DNA of 64,000 bases, from NCBI GenBank assembly GCA_047946875.1, contig CP181398.1:143154-207153 (forward strand), written 5' to 3'. The notes under the pieces were generated by a model. The model saw only the letters and a program-made list of their open reading frames with translations. It did not search any database and had not been told where the DNA came from. A program made the position numbers and the translations under genes. How positions within the stretch are numbered: the first letter of the stretch is position 1; each line of letters starts with the position of its first letter. Positions 19,704 through 29,672 of this stretch are shown here, piece by piece. This stretch comes from Candidatus Kerfeldbacteria bacterium. Lineage in GTDB: Bacteria; Patescibacteriota; Patescibacteriia; UBA10025; JAHIVO01.

Positions 19704-20347
19704 TGTCTATTAAATGTATAATTTTTGACTACGATGGTGTGATCGTGGATTCTTTTGATGAAATGCATGCGGTTTATCAGATACTATGCAAAGAGTTAGG
19801 GTATAAATGTCCAACCGACAGGGAAGTTTTTAGAAAAATGTATGGTAATGACTACAGTGATTTGTTAGTCTCTTTAGGTGTGCCTAAAAAACTTTGGGAA
19901 AAGGGATCTGAAATTTATTACCGAGAGATAGTAAAAAGAAATTCGTTACCATTTTCACAGATTAAAGAGCAGTTAGATATACTTTCAAAGAAATATGTAC
20001 TTTATGTAGTTTCTGCTACGAGTCAAGAGGAGGTTAAGTCAAAATTAATCAAAAATAATTTAGATAAGTATTTTAAGAAAATTTTTGCTAGGGGTCATTA
20101 TTCAGAAATGTTCAAAAAAGCTGAAGCTATAAAGTCTATTATTAAAGAGGAAAAAGTTGGTCTTGATGAAGTGATCTATGTTGGAGATATGAATAGAGAT
20201 TATGAACGTTCAAAAGAGGCAGGATTAAAAAATATTATTATTTTAGATTATGGATGGGGGAATACAATAACAACCGATCAAGCTGTTAAAGTTAAAAAAC
20301 AAGAAGACTTATTGGATGTAATAGAACAATGTGATTTAAAGTATTGA
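19703..20347 (+). CDS. HAD-family hydrolase
   Basis: FDYDGVIVDS, YVGD...D. Confidence 0.9.
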   Translation: MSIKCIIFDYDGVIVDSFDEMHAVYQILCKELGYKCPTDREVFRKMYGNDYSDLLVSLGVPKKLWEKGSEIYYREIVKRNSLPFSQIKEQLDILSKKYVLYVVSATSQEEVKSKLIKNNLDKYFKKIFARGHYSEMFKKAEAIKSIIKEEKVGLDEVIYVGDMNRDYERSKEAGLKNIIILDYGWGNTITTDQAVKVKKQEDLLDVIEQCDLKY

Positions 20348-20407
20348 TTTTTATCAATAATTGTGATATAATATATTTGTTAATTAATTAACAGGAGGTA
20401 TAGTCAT

Positions 20408-21022
20408 ATGATACCAGTTGCTTGGGCAGCAGAAACCGCAGAGGTTGCTGTCGAATCTGCAAATATAATGCAGAACATCGATTGGACCAGACCGACATGG
20501 GATTTATTCATAATCTTATTTTTTATCGTAGCTGCATTTTTATATGGATTGTCATTAGGTCGTGATAGAATAATTGTTATTTTGGTTAGTATTTACATGT
20601 CTCTAGCTATTATCGAGCACGCTCCATTTCTCAATTCAGAGTGGTTGCATGATTGGATTAACGGTGTTGTAAATCAATTTTTTGTATTTCAAATATCAGC
20701 ATTCTTAATACTGTTTATTGTTTTATTTTTGGTGATTACGCGTTCCGCTCTGATGAAGACGATAGCCTCTTCAGATACTGCTGGTCCATGGTGGCAGGTT
20801 TTATTATATAGTACTTTGCATGTTGGGTTGCTTGTTAGTATAGTATTATCATATCTACCAGCTGATACTGTGGAGCAGGTATTAGCGCCATTAACAAAAC
20901 AAGTCTTTACAACGGAGGTGGCTCAATCAGTCTGGATATTATCACCAGTGGTAGCAATGATAGCGTTCAAAGGTACTGGCTCTAGAAAACGTAAGAAAAG
21001 AGAAATAGCAGACGAAGAATAA
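20408..21022 (+). CDS. Membrane protein, CvpA-like
   Basis: About 5 TM; D..I......AFLYGL..G pattern. Confidence 0.6.
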   Translation: MIPVAWAAETAEVAVESANIMQNIDWTRPTWDLFIILFFIVAAFLYGLSLGRDRIIVILVSIYMSLAIIEHAPFLNSEWLHDWINGVVNQFFVFQISAFLILFIVLFLVITRSALMKTIASSDTAGPWWQVLLYSTLHVGLLVSIVLSYLPADTVEQVLAPLTKQVFTTEVAQSVWILSPVVAMIAFKGTGSRKRKKREIADEE

Positions 21023-21085
21023 AAAAATAGGCTATGAAATAAGCCTAGATAATTTTGCTGGACGTAATAATATTACGTTTTTTTA

Positions 21086-21958
21086 TTAATTTAGTAGTAA
21101 TATAAATGCAATCCCGCCAAGCATGATAGCAGCTCCGAATATTCTATATTTAATATTAGTTTCTTTAAAATAATAAGCACCTAGGACAATGCTACCAATA
21201 ATTAAGCCACCTCTTTTAATAGCGATGGCATAGGAGACGAATGTAGTTTCTAAACCTATTAAAAATAATATATTAGCTACAGCTGTGATGATAGCGGCAG
21301 AGATAAGAAGAGGGAGGTGACCAGTAATCATTTTCTTATAATGGTGACGATGTCTCATACCCATCCAGATGCTCATAAAGATTGCTTCTATCAGAACGGT
21401 TGCGAATAAATAAAATTCTATTGAACTTTTTTGCATGGCCATTTTAGCGAAGTTAGCATTGAAACTCCATATTAAAGCAATTATAATAATATAAAGGCTA
21501 GCCTTATGTGAAAAAATATTTTTTATTCTTGCCATTAATCCATTCCTAAGCTCCTCACCTTTTAATAATATAGCACCAGCAACAACTAATAGAATACCGA
21601 TGATACCATATGTATTTGGTAGTTCTCCAAGAAAGAAATATGAAGTAGCAATCAAGAATACTGGAGTGAATGAAAGCAGGGGAAGGGTTGCGGATATTGG
21701 AGCAAGTTTTTCACTTTTTATTAGTAATATATTTGTTATGATAAGCAAAGGAACATCGATAGCAATAATCAACCAGAAAGTTGGATCAATTTCAGGTAAT
21801 CCATTTTTCCATAAAAAAATTGCATAAATTGGTACAGAAAAAGTAGCAACCGCCCAAAAAATAATATTGACAGTGTAACTTTTTGTTGCTTTTTTCTTCA
21901 GCACATCTACGGATGGGTATAGTAGTGAAGCGATAATTATTAATATAAATCCACTCAT
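21086..21958 (-). CDS. EamA/DMT family transporter
   Basis: About 10 TM; PIS...PL....PVF......FLGE. Confidence 0.88.
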   Translation of the reverse strand: MSGFILIIIASLLYPSVDVLKKKATKSYTVNIIFWAVATFSVPIYAIFLWKNGLPEIDPTFWLIIAIDVPLLIITNILLIKSEKLAPISATLPLLSFTPVFLIATSYFFLGELPNTYGIIGILLVVAGAILLKGEELRNGLMARIKNIFSHKASLYIIIIALIWSFNANFAKMAMQKSSIEFYLFATVLIEAIFMSIWMGMRHRHHYKKMITGHLPLLISAAIITAVANILFLIGLETTFVSYAIAIKRGGLIIGSIVLGAYYFKETNIKYRIFGAAIMLGGIAFILLLN

Positions 21959-22017
21959 TTTTTGAATTATTAAAAAGGTTAGTAACTAAGATTAGTCGCT
22001 ATTTTTTTATTTGTTAA

Positions 22018-22971
22018 TTAGTTCGTTTTGTTGATATTTATTCCAACTTCTTTCCATTCGGACATTACTTCATCAATATCAGATGAATTAACGGTAGTAT
22101 GTTCAGCATCTTTATTGCTTATGTTTGCTAGTTTTACTTTTGCGGCGGCTTCATCCATTAGATCAATAGCTTTATCGGGAAAAACCCTGTCATGCATGAA
22201 TTCTCCAGAAAGTTTCACACACCGAGCTAGTGCATCATCACTAATTTTTACTTGGTGATGATTTTCATATTTTGATCTTATGCCTGCTAATATTTTGATA
22301 GTATTTTCAGCACTTGGTTCGTTGACCATGACTGGTTGGAATCTTCTTTCTAAAGTTGAATCATGTTCAACATATTTTTTGTATTCTTCTATTGTAGTTG
22401 CTCCTACCATTTGGAGTTCACCACGTGCTAAGGCAGGTTTGAGAATATCGGCAGCGTCAATTGCGCCGGTTGCTTCACCAGCTTCAGCAAGTGAATGCAT
22501 TTCATCAATAAATAATATAATTGTTCTTTTGGCCGCGATTATTTCGTCTACTAATGATTTCAATCTCTTTTCAAATTCCCCTCGATATTTAGTACCAGCA
22601 ACCATTCCACTTAAATCCAAAGATAAAACTTTTTTGTTTGCTAGATGGGGGGTAACATCACCGGTAGCTATTTTGTTCGCTAATCCTTCAACTATTGATG
22701 TTTTGCCTACGCCAGACTTTCCGATGATTACAGGATTATTTTTAGTTCGACGAGAGAGTATTTGGATTAATCTCTCAATTTCATGTTCACGACCAATCAC
22801 TGGATCAAGTTTGTTATTGATAGCTAGGTTAGTAAGATCTTTTGAATACATTTGTAGTACATTCATGCCGGATGTATTTTTTTTACTTTCTTTGTATAAC
22901 CAAAAAATAATTACACCCAGTACTATGAGTATAAGTAACAATGATGAAGATGTTGCGCTTAGGTTGAACAT
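22018..22971 (-). CDS. Single-domain Clp/Hsp100 (NBD1-only) AAA+ ATPase with N-terminal TM helix
   Basis: LDPVIGR, RRTKNNP, GKSGVGKT, FIDE.H, GATT, LERRFQ, PDKAIDL; no Clp-N repeats or NBD2. Confidence 0.88.
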   Translation of the reverse strand: MFNLSATSSSLLLILIVLGVIIFWLYKESKKNTSGMNVLQMYSKDLTNLAINNKLDPVIGREHEIERLIQILSRRTKNNPVIIGKSGVGKTSIVEGLANKIATGDVTPHLANKKVLSLDLSGMVAGTKYRGEFEKRLKSLVDEIIAAKRTIILFIDEMHSLAEAGEATGAIDAADILKPALARGELQMVGATTIEEYKKYVEHDSTLERRFQPVMVNEPSAENTIKILAGIRSKYENHHQVKISDDALARCVKLSGEFMHDRVFPDKAIDLMDEAAAKVKLANISNKDAEHTTVNSSDIDEVMSEWKEVGININKTN

Positions 22972-22983
22972 AATGATTTTATT

Positions 22984-23925
22984 TTATAACCACTTTCTTC
23001 TTTTAAAAAAACTAAATACTAATATTGCTACAAAAATCTCAAGAACTAGTAAGGCTACAAAACCAAACTCCCATTCTATAATAGGAGTGCCTGGAGCACC
23101 AATACCTAAGAGGGTTGCGACAAGAGTTAGAACAAATATTACTACAGAAATAACTGTAAAAGTTTTCATGATATGGTTTAGGCGGAATGAAATTAATGAT
23201 TCATTTGTATCATTAACTGCTTCGATAGATTCTTTGAAACTATCTAATGTATCCCAAATTTCTTTAACTTTATCAATTAAACTATTGAAGTATATATTTG
23301 ATTTACTAACATCAAAAAATTGTAATTGTTTATTTGCTGCTTCTAATTTCTTAATAATATTTTTATGTGCTTGCATTGATCTACGGAAATTAACAACATT
23401 TCTACGGGAGGCTAATATTTTACCTACCATGTCTTTTTCTTTGCCACGAAATATTAATTTTTCAGTTTTATGAATATCAACACTAATATGATCAAGCATT
23501 GGGAAACAATGACCAACTAATTTATTTAGCATTTCGTATAGCACTATTATTACATTGTTGGAAAGAAATTCATTTTTTTCATTATGATGAACGGATTTTT
23601 TTAGATGGTTAAAATGACTTACTATAGTATCTAACTTTTTATCATGAATGGTTATTATATAATGTTTACTGATAAAAAAATCTATTTCTACTGCAGTAAT
23701 TTCACCAGTCTTTCTATTATATAGGGGATAAAGCATAACTAAAAATATATGATCTTTGTAAACATCAATTTTAGGTCTTTGCCCATTAGTAATACAATCC
23801 TCAAGATTAATGGGATGAAAGTTGAAATTCTTTTTTAGAAATTTAATTTCTGGGCCATCACTTTTTCTGACGTCCGTTACATCAATCCATCGAATATTTT
23901 TTGCCCTAATTTCATTTATTGGCAT
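22984..23925 (-). CDS. corA: CorA family Mg2+/Co2+ transporter
   Basis: FHPINLED, QRPKID, two C-terminal TM; GMN signature replaced by GIG. Confidence 0.85.
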   Translation of the reverse strand: MPINEIRAKNIRWIDVTDVRKSDGPEIKFLKKNFNFHPINLEDCITNGQRPKIDVYKDHIFLVMLYPLYNRKTGEITAVEIDFFISKHYIITIHDKKLDTIVSHFNHLKKSVHHNEKNEFLSNNVIIVLYEMLNKLVGHCFPMLDHISVDIHKTEKLIFRGKEKDMVGKILASRRNVVNFRRSMQAHKNIIKKLEAANKQLQFFDVSKSNIYFNSLIDKVKEIWDTLDSFKESIEAVNDTNESLISFRLNHIMKTFTVISVVIFVLTLVATLLGIGAPGTPIIEWEFGFVALLVLEIFVAILVFSFFKRRKWL

Positions 23926-24058
23926 GATTTTTATTTTTTGTTTTAGTATTTATATTGTAGCATACTTTAGCGATTTTTGCAAGTTATATGCTTTAAATAA
24001 AAAAGAGACGAATATGTATTCATATACGTCTCTTCTACTCAATTTTATTATGCTATCT

Positions 24059-24568
24059 CTATCTTCTACTGTGGTACACTGGCATTGTTGCCAGTACCGG
24101 ACCATATACATCGTCAGTTAAGTCAATAACTCGACCTGTATTATAGTCGAAACTTTGGTTGATCCTTCTGAACCAACCTCGCACGAAGATTGTCCTCTCT
24201 CGTTGATCTTTTTTGTTTTTGATGAAAGCGTGTCCCCAGCTTCTTTTGGCTCCGAATTTCTTGGCACCAAAAGGTAAATTTACCCAGTTGAGCCCATCCA
24301 ATGAATACTCAGCGCTAGAAAGCTCCCAATCTCTGGGTGCTTTATAAACTATGTATAGTTTCATTCCTCTACCTTGTATAGGGTAGGCACTGAGTAGATG
24401 GAGCCTAGTATTCCATTGATTAGATGGATATACCTTGAAAGCATCTTTAGAAGGGGGTTTGTTTTCAGGTCTTTCTAATACCTGAATATTTACAAAACGT
24501 CCACAGCTTTGGCAAATCAGCATAATAAAAATAACAAAGAGCATTAGTAGCGTATTATGGAGTTTCAT
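24059..24568 (-). CDS. Hypothetical lipoprotein-like protein
   Basis: Signal peptide with Cys; AGGAGG SD; TTGACA-17-TATATT. Confidence 0.65.
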   Translation of the reverse strand: MKLHNTLLMLFVIFIMLICQSCGRFVNIQVLERPENKPPSKDAFKVYPSNQWNTRLHLLSAYPIQGRGMKLYIVYKAPRDWELSSAEYSLDGLNWVNLPFGAKKFGAKRSWGHAFIKNKKDQRERTIFVRGWFRRINQSFDYNTGRVIDLTDDVYGPVLATMPVYHSRR

Positions 24569-24747
24569 GTCACTCCTCCTTCTATATGTATAACAATAGT
24601 TTCAGATTAAACAGACATTTAAATATATCATTGATATAAGGATTTGTCAATAGTAAGCATACTAACATTGATTAATAAAATTTTACCTTGATTTTTCATC
24701 AAAAATATGATATAATAATTATATAAATGAATTAATTACTATTGTTT

Positions 24748-25314
24748 ATGCCAAACCCAATAAATAAGCCTGATTTATCTAGTCCGGATACTAAAAGGGG
24801 TGCAACTTCTGAAATTGAGGATATTTTTGAGCATGAAGATGCTAACAAAGTAGAACAACAACCCGAGCCAGTTGAAGTAAAAGTGACTTTACCTGAAGTT
24901 AGTAAAGAAATTACTCCAGAAAAGAAAGTTGAAAAAGAACAACAAAAAGAAAATGAAATCAATCAGATGCAACAAGCCCCTCCTCCCGTACAACCGGACC
25001 CAGTAGTAGATAAGACAACTGTTTCTGAAGAAAGAAGCGTTGATTTGATGAAAATTGAAAATATATTATCTGATCATTTAGATGAACTTTTTTTACAGAT
25101 GACACCGCAGGAACAAATGGCATTTAAGAAAAAAGGAGAAGAGACGGCAGAAAAAGTTAATGAATTATTAAAAGAAACTAAAATTAAAGTAAAAGAAATT
25201 TTAGTATTAATTAAAGAATGGTTGAAAATAATACCTGGAGTAAATAAATTTTTTATTGAACAAGAGGCAAAAATTAAAACTGATAGATTACTAAATCTTA
25301 GAGAAAGAGAATAA
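24748..25314 (+). CDS. Hypothetical protein, disordered N-terminus and helical C-terminal domain
   Basis: C-terminal WLK.IPGVNKFF.EQEAKIKTD; alternative TTG start 24742. Confidence 0.8.
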   Translation: MPNPINKPDLSSPDTKRGATSEIEDIFEHEDANKVEQQPEPVEVKVTLPEVSKEITPEKKVEKEQQKENEINQMQQAPPPVQPDPVVDKTTVSEERSVDLMKIENILSDHLDELFLQMTPQEQMAFKKKGEETAEKVNELLKETKIKVKEILVLIKEWLKIIPGVNKFFIEQEAKIKTDRLLNLRERE

Positions 25315-25364
25315 AATATTTAGTATTCATATATTTAAGTGGTATCAATTATAGTTAAAAAATT

Positions 25365-27869
25365 ATGAATGTATTTGCAAATTTGATGGAAAATTCTGCT
25401 TTTCCAATTATTTTAGTTGGAATTTCTGTTTTAATTGTTGCGATAAGTTCTTTTTTAATTATTCGTCGTAACATGAGAAGTCAAAAAAAATTACCTAATG
25501 CATTGCAAAAGGTAATGTTATTGATCACTCTACCAAAAGAGTCAGAGATAAAAGAAGGAGAAAATAAACAAGAGTCTGTTGAAGAAATGTTGGTTGAGGC
25601 AGAAGCATTTTTAAATGCATTAGGCGGTATGAAGGCTCAACGTGGCGCTGCTAGTATAGTTGGAGGAAGAACTGATAATTTTTCATTTGAGATTGTTGCA
25701 TATGGAGGATTAATTTCATTTTATGTTGTTATTCCTAGATACTTACGTGATTATATGGAACAACATATTAGTGCTCAATATCCAGATGCGCAAATTGAAG
25801 AAACGGAAGAATTCAATTTATTTAGTCCCCAAAGTAAAATTGCAGCTACTACTCTAACATTTAAAAAGCAGTACATATTTCCCATAAGAACATATCGTGA
25901 GTTAGATGTTGATCCATTAAGTTCTCTTACTAATGTTTTATCAAAAATCGCTCCAGACGAAGGTGCGGTTATTCAGTATGTTGCCAGATCAGCAAAAGCA
26001 GAATGGAGAAATTGGGGAGCTCGTGTTGCAAAAGATATTCACAATGGTAGGGCGGTAAAAGAAGCTGTCGGAAGGAATGGTTTTTTGGGATTTCTTTTTG
26101 GATTATATAGAACTTTTGTACCTGAGAAAAAAAATGAATTAGACAAACAACATCAGTTATCAGCACGTGATGAGGAAATTGTAAAAAGTTTGGAAAACAA
26201 GGTTAGTAAGGCAGGGTTAGATGTAAATATTAGAATTATCGTTTCAACAAAGTCGCAAGAAAGATCACAAAAATATTTAAAAGATATTGTTGATTCTTTT
26301 AGTCAGTATTCTTCTTTTGAATATGGTAATGGTTTCGTGAGAAATGATCCGTATTTCAAAAAAGACCAATTAATATTGGACTATATTTATCGTACATTTA
26401 ATAAGAAAAAATTGTTGGTACTTAATACAGAAGAGATGGCGAGTTTATTTCACTTTCCTTTAGTTACCACAGAAACTCCTAATATTCGTTGGTTAGTAGC
26501 ACGTAAAGCACCAGCCCCAACCAATCTACCTAAAGAAGGATTGGTATTAGGTAAGAATCTTTATCGTGGCGAAGAGCATGTCGTTCGTATTAAACCTAAG
26601 GATCGACAGAGGCATGTATATGTAATAGGTAAATCTGGTGTTGGTAAATCTGTATTATTATCGAATATGATAATCCAAGATATTATTAATGGTGAGGGAG
26701 TCGGTGTTATTGATCCACATGGAGATTTGATTAATGATATATTAGCTCATATTCCTAAAGAGCGAGCTGAAGATGTTATACATTTCAATCCATCAGATCT
26801 TGATAGACCTATGGGTTTGAATATGTTAGAGGTATCTAGTCCAGATCAAAAAGATTTTGCGGTACAAGAAATGATTTCTATTTTTTATAAATTATTTCCA
26901 CCGGAGATGATTGGGCCGATGTTTGAACATAACATGAGGAATGTTATGTTAACTTTAATGGAAGATGAAGAAAATCCTGGTACTATTACAGATATTCCAA
27001 GGATGTTTACAGATCCTGCTTTTCAAAAATATAAATTATCCAAAGTAAAAGATCATGTTGTTAGAGCTTTTTGGGAACAGGAGATGGCTAAGACTTCTGA
27101 TTTTCATAAATCAGAGATGCTAGGATATTTGATCTCAAAAGTTGGTCGTTTTGTAGAGAATAGTATGATGAGAAATATTATTGGTCAGCCAAAGTCTGGA
27201 TTCAATTTTGAAGAGGTGATGAATAACAAAAAGATATTATTGGTTAATTTATCAAAAGGTACAACTGGCGAAGTAAATAGTAGTTTGTTAGGTTTAATAT
27301 TAGTATCTAAGCTTCAGATGGCTGCAATGAAAAGAGCATCGATGGCAGAAGAAGATAGAAAAGATTTTTACTTATATATTGATGAGTTTCAAAATTTTGT
27401 TACAGACAGTATCGCTACAATTTTATCTGAAGCTAGAAAATATCGTTTGGATTTAACTATTGCACATCAATATATTGGACAGCTACTTCAAGATAATGGG
27501 GATTCTAAGATTAAAGATGCTGTATTTGGTAATGTTGGTACTATGTTGGCTTTTCGTGTAGGCGTAGATGATGCTGAAGTATTAGCAAAAGAATTTGATC
27601 CAGTATTTAATGAATTTGATGCTATTAATGTAGAGATGTATACAGCTAATGTAAAATTATTAATTGATAATACTACTTCCAAGCCATTCAATATGATGAC
27701 TTATCCGCCACAACCTGGTAATCCAGAAATAGCTAAAAAAATAATCGAATTATCTAGATTGAAGTATGGTACTGATCGTAAAGTCATCGAAGCCGCAATG
27801 GCGGAAGTATCTAAGTTGGGGAATACTAAACCAGCACAAGGTCAGGCGACTGGTGAGAAAAGTATGTAA
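25365..27869 (+). CDS. VirD4/TraD/HerA-like coupling ATPase with N-terminal TM
   Basis: RHVYVIGKSGVGKS, IDPHGD, YIDEFQNF, SEARKY, AHQY. Confidence 0.88.
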   Translation: MNVFANLMENSAFPIILVGISVLIVAISSFLIIRRNMRSQKKLPNALQKVMLLITLPKESEIKEGENKQESVEEMLVEAEAFLNALGGMKAQRGAASIVGGRTDNFSFEIVAYGGLISFYVVIPRYLRDYMEQHISAQYPDAQIEETEEFNLFSPQSKIAATTLTFKKQYIFPIRTYRELDVDPLSSLTNVLSKIAPDEGAVIQYVARSAKAEWRNWGARVAKDIHNGRAVKEAVGRNGFLGFLFGLYRTFVPEKKNELDKQHQLSARDEEIVKSLENKVSKAGLDVNIRIIVSTKSQERSQKYLKDIVDSFSQYSSFEYGNGFVRNDPYFKKDQLILDYIYRTFNKKKLLVLNTEEMASLFHFPLVTTETPNIRWLVARKAPAPTNLPKEGLVLGKNLYRGEEHVVRIKPKDRQRHVYVIGKSGVGKSVLLSNMIIQDIINGEGVGVIDPHGDLINDILAHIPKERAEDVIHFNPSDLDRPMGLNMLEVSSPDQKDFAVQEMISIFYKLFPPEMIGPMFEHNMRNVMLTLMEDEENPGTITDIPRMFTDPAFQKYKLSKVKDHVVRAFWEQEMAKTSDFHKSEMLGYLISKVGRFVENSMMRNIIGQPKSGFNFEEVMNNKKILLVNLSKGTTGEVNSSLLGLILVSKLQMAAMKRASMAEEDRKDFYLYIDEFQNFVTDSIATILSEARKYRLDLTIAHQYIGQLLQDNGDSKIKDAVFGNVGTMLAFRVGVDDAEVLAKEFDPVFNEFDAINVEMYTANVKLLIDNTTSKPFNMMTYPPQPGNPEIAKKIIELSRLKYGTDRKVIEAAMAEVSKLGNTKPAQGQATGEKSM

Positions 27870-27876
27870 ATAATTC

Positions 27877-28271
27877 ATGAGTAATTATAATAAATATATA
27901 GCAATATTTATTATTGCAAGATTATTACTAATAATTCCGATTTTTTTTCTGTGAAGGCCATAACAGATGTTAGTATTTGTGGTGTACTTAATTAAGATGA
28001 TGAAACTTATACTTTTACACAAGATATTTCTGTTACTGATCCCTGTATAGCTATAGCATGGGATAATATATCTTTAAATCTAAATAGTTATACTATTACA
28101 ATTAGTAAGAATGGATATCAAATTGCAACTTATACAATTACGCTAGGAAGTTCTCAAATTTTAAATTTTATATTGATCACAAATTATAGTAGTCAGTTAC
28201 TAGTTGTAGAAGAAGAATATGTTGCTCCAATTATTCCTCAGGTTAGAATAAATGAAGTGGATAACATATAG
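27877..28271 (+). pseudogene. Degraded surface-protein gene (beta-helix-type N-terminus)
   Basis: Signal peptide, frameshift in a poly-T run, in-frame TAA, then TYTFTQDIS...CIAIAWDNISLNLNSYTIT. Confidence 0.7.
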
Positions 28272-28303
28272 ACATATAGTAAAAAAATAGTTATGATATT
28301 GGT

Positions 28304-28840
28304 ATGATAAATTTATTAATACTATTTCTTTTATTAATTGGGATTTTAATAATATTTGGTACAGCAATGTATGCAAGTTTTAGTGCTGCTCCTTGGTTAC
28401 CAGTTTTTAAAAAGGATATAAAAAGAATAATCCGATTGGCAAATTTAAAGCCAGGAGAGGTAATTTATGATCTTGGCTCAGGTGATGGTAGAGTTCTTAT
28501 TGGTTTAGCGAATAATTCAGAAGCAAGTAGAGTTATTGGGTATGAAATTTCTTTTCTTTTTTATGTTATTTCATATTTAAGAATTCTTTTTTTAGGCTTA
28601 TCAAATAAAGCTGAAATTATATTCGGAGATTTTTTACGTAGAGATTTAAGCAATGCTGATGTAATTTTTTTCTTTCTTACACCGATGGCAATGAAAAAAT
28701 TAAAACCAAAATTTGAAAAAGAATTAAAAAAGGGAACTCGAATAATATCTTACAGTTTTTCAATACCGGGTTGGGAAAAATTAAAGGTTGATCGTCCTAA
28801 TGAATCAGATATGCCTATACATATATATGTAGTTGACTAG
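28304..28840 (+). CDS. Class I SAM-dependent methyltransferase with N-terminal TM
   Basis: APWLP, YDLGSGDGR, GYEIS, GTRIISY.F. Confidence 0.9.
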   Translation: MINLLILFLLLIGILIIFGTAMYASFSAAPWLPVFKKDIKRIIRLANLKPGEVIYDLGSGDGRVLIGLANNSEASRVIGYEISFLFYVISYLRILFLGLSNKAEIIFGDFLRRDLSNADVIFFFLTPMAMKKLKPKFEKELKKGTRIISYSFSIPGWEKLKVDRPNESDMPIHIYVVD

Positions 28841-28948
28841 ATTGGTTATTTTAGATAGAATTGGTATGTAAAAAAAATACAAAAAGTCAACAAAAATACC
28901 AATAAAAACAAATAAAATATAAAATAAAAGAAAAAAGGAGACAAAATA

Positions 28949-29587
28949 ATGATAAAACAAAACAAATTAAACCAAATACAAAAAATGCTTGATACAGCGT
29001 ATGTCTCTATAGAGAATGCACGCCATCTTATGAATCAAATGGTTGGAAAAGAGAACCTAGAAAAAATTGATGTTTCAGATCAGGCAAAAGAAGTTGGTAA
29101 GGTAGAATTTAATGAAGGTGAAAAAATTGTAGAAGGTGTATTCGATGGTCAAAACATGATTGGACCTGATGGTAAACAATATAGTATCCCAGCAAATTAT
29201 GCATCAAAATCAAAATTAGTAGCTGGTGATACTCTTAAACTTACTATATTACCTGATGGAACTTTTTTATATAAACAAATTGGTCCAATAGATCGAAATC
29301 GTCTGGTCGGAATATTGACTAAAGATGATACAACAGATGAGTATAAGGTAATAGTCGGAGAAAAAATCTATAATGTATTATTAGCAAGTATTACATATTT
29401 TAAGGGTGAGGCTGGTGATGAGGTGGTAATATTAACTCCTAAAGATAGAGAATGTGAATGGGCTGCTGTAGAAAATATTATTAAAATTAAGGATAAAGAA
29501 GTAAAGGAAGAAGCAAATGTTACAGCAAAAGAAGTAAAAACTGAATCCGTTTTGGATAATGTTGAGGAGATTGAAGATTTAGACTAG
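28949..29587 (+). CDS. Conserved hypothetical protein
   Basis: EGVFDGQNM...PANYASKSKLV.GD.LKL. Confidence 0.8.
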   Translation: MIKQNKLNQIQKMLDTAYVSIENARHLMNQMVGKENLEKIDVSDQAKEVGKVEFNEGEKIVEGVFDGQNMIGPDGKQYSIPANYASKSKLVAGDTLKLTILPDGTFLYKQIGPIDRNRLVGILTKDDTTDEYKVIVGEKIYNVLLASITYFKGEAGDEVVILTPKDRECEWAAVENIIKIKDKEVKEEANVTAKEVKTESVLDNVEEIEDLD

Positions 29588-29672
29588 AAAATATAAATAT
29601 ATACCTAAATTTAGTTGATTTATTGTAGCTATTATTATAGAATATAAAAGCTAACAATAAGTTTATTAATTT

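Noticed and set aside
22280-23473. 397-aa plus-strand ORF
   Set aside because: Antisense shadow of the Clp ATPase and corA genes, with no motifs.
25365-27869. Conjugative element or ICE
   Set aside because: No relaxase, integrase or mating-pair genes; embedded among chromosomal genes.
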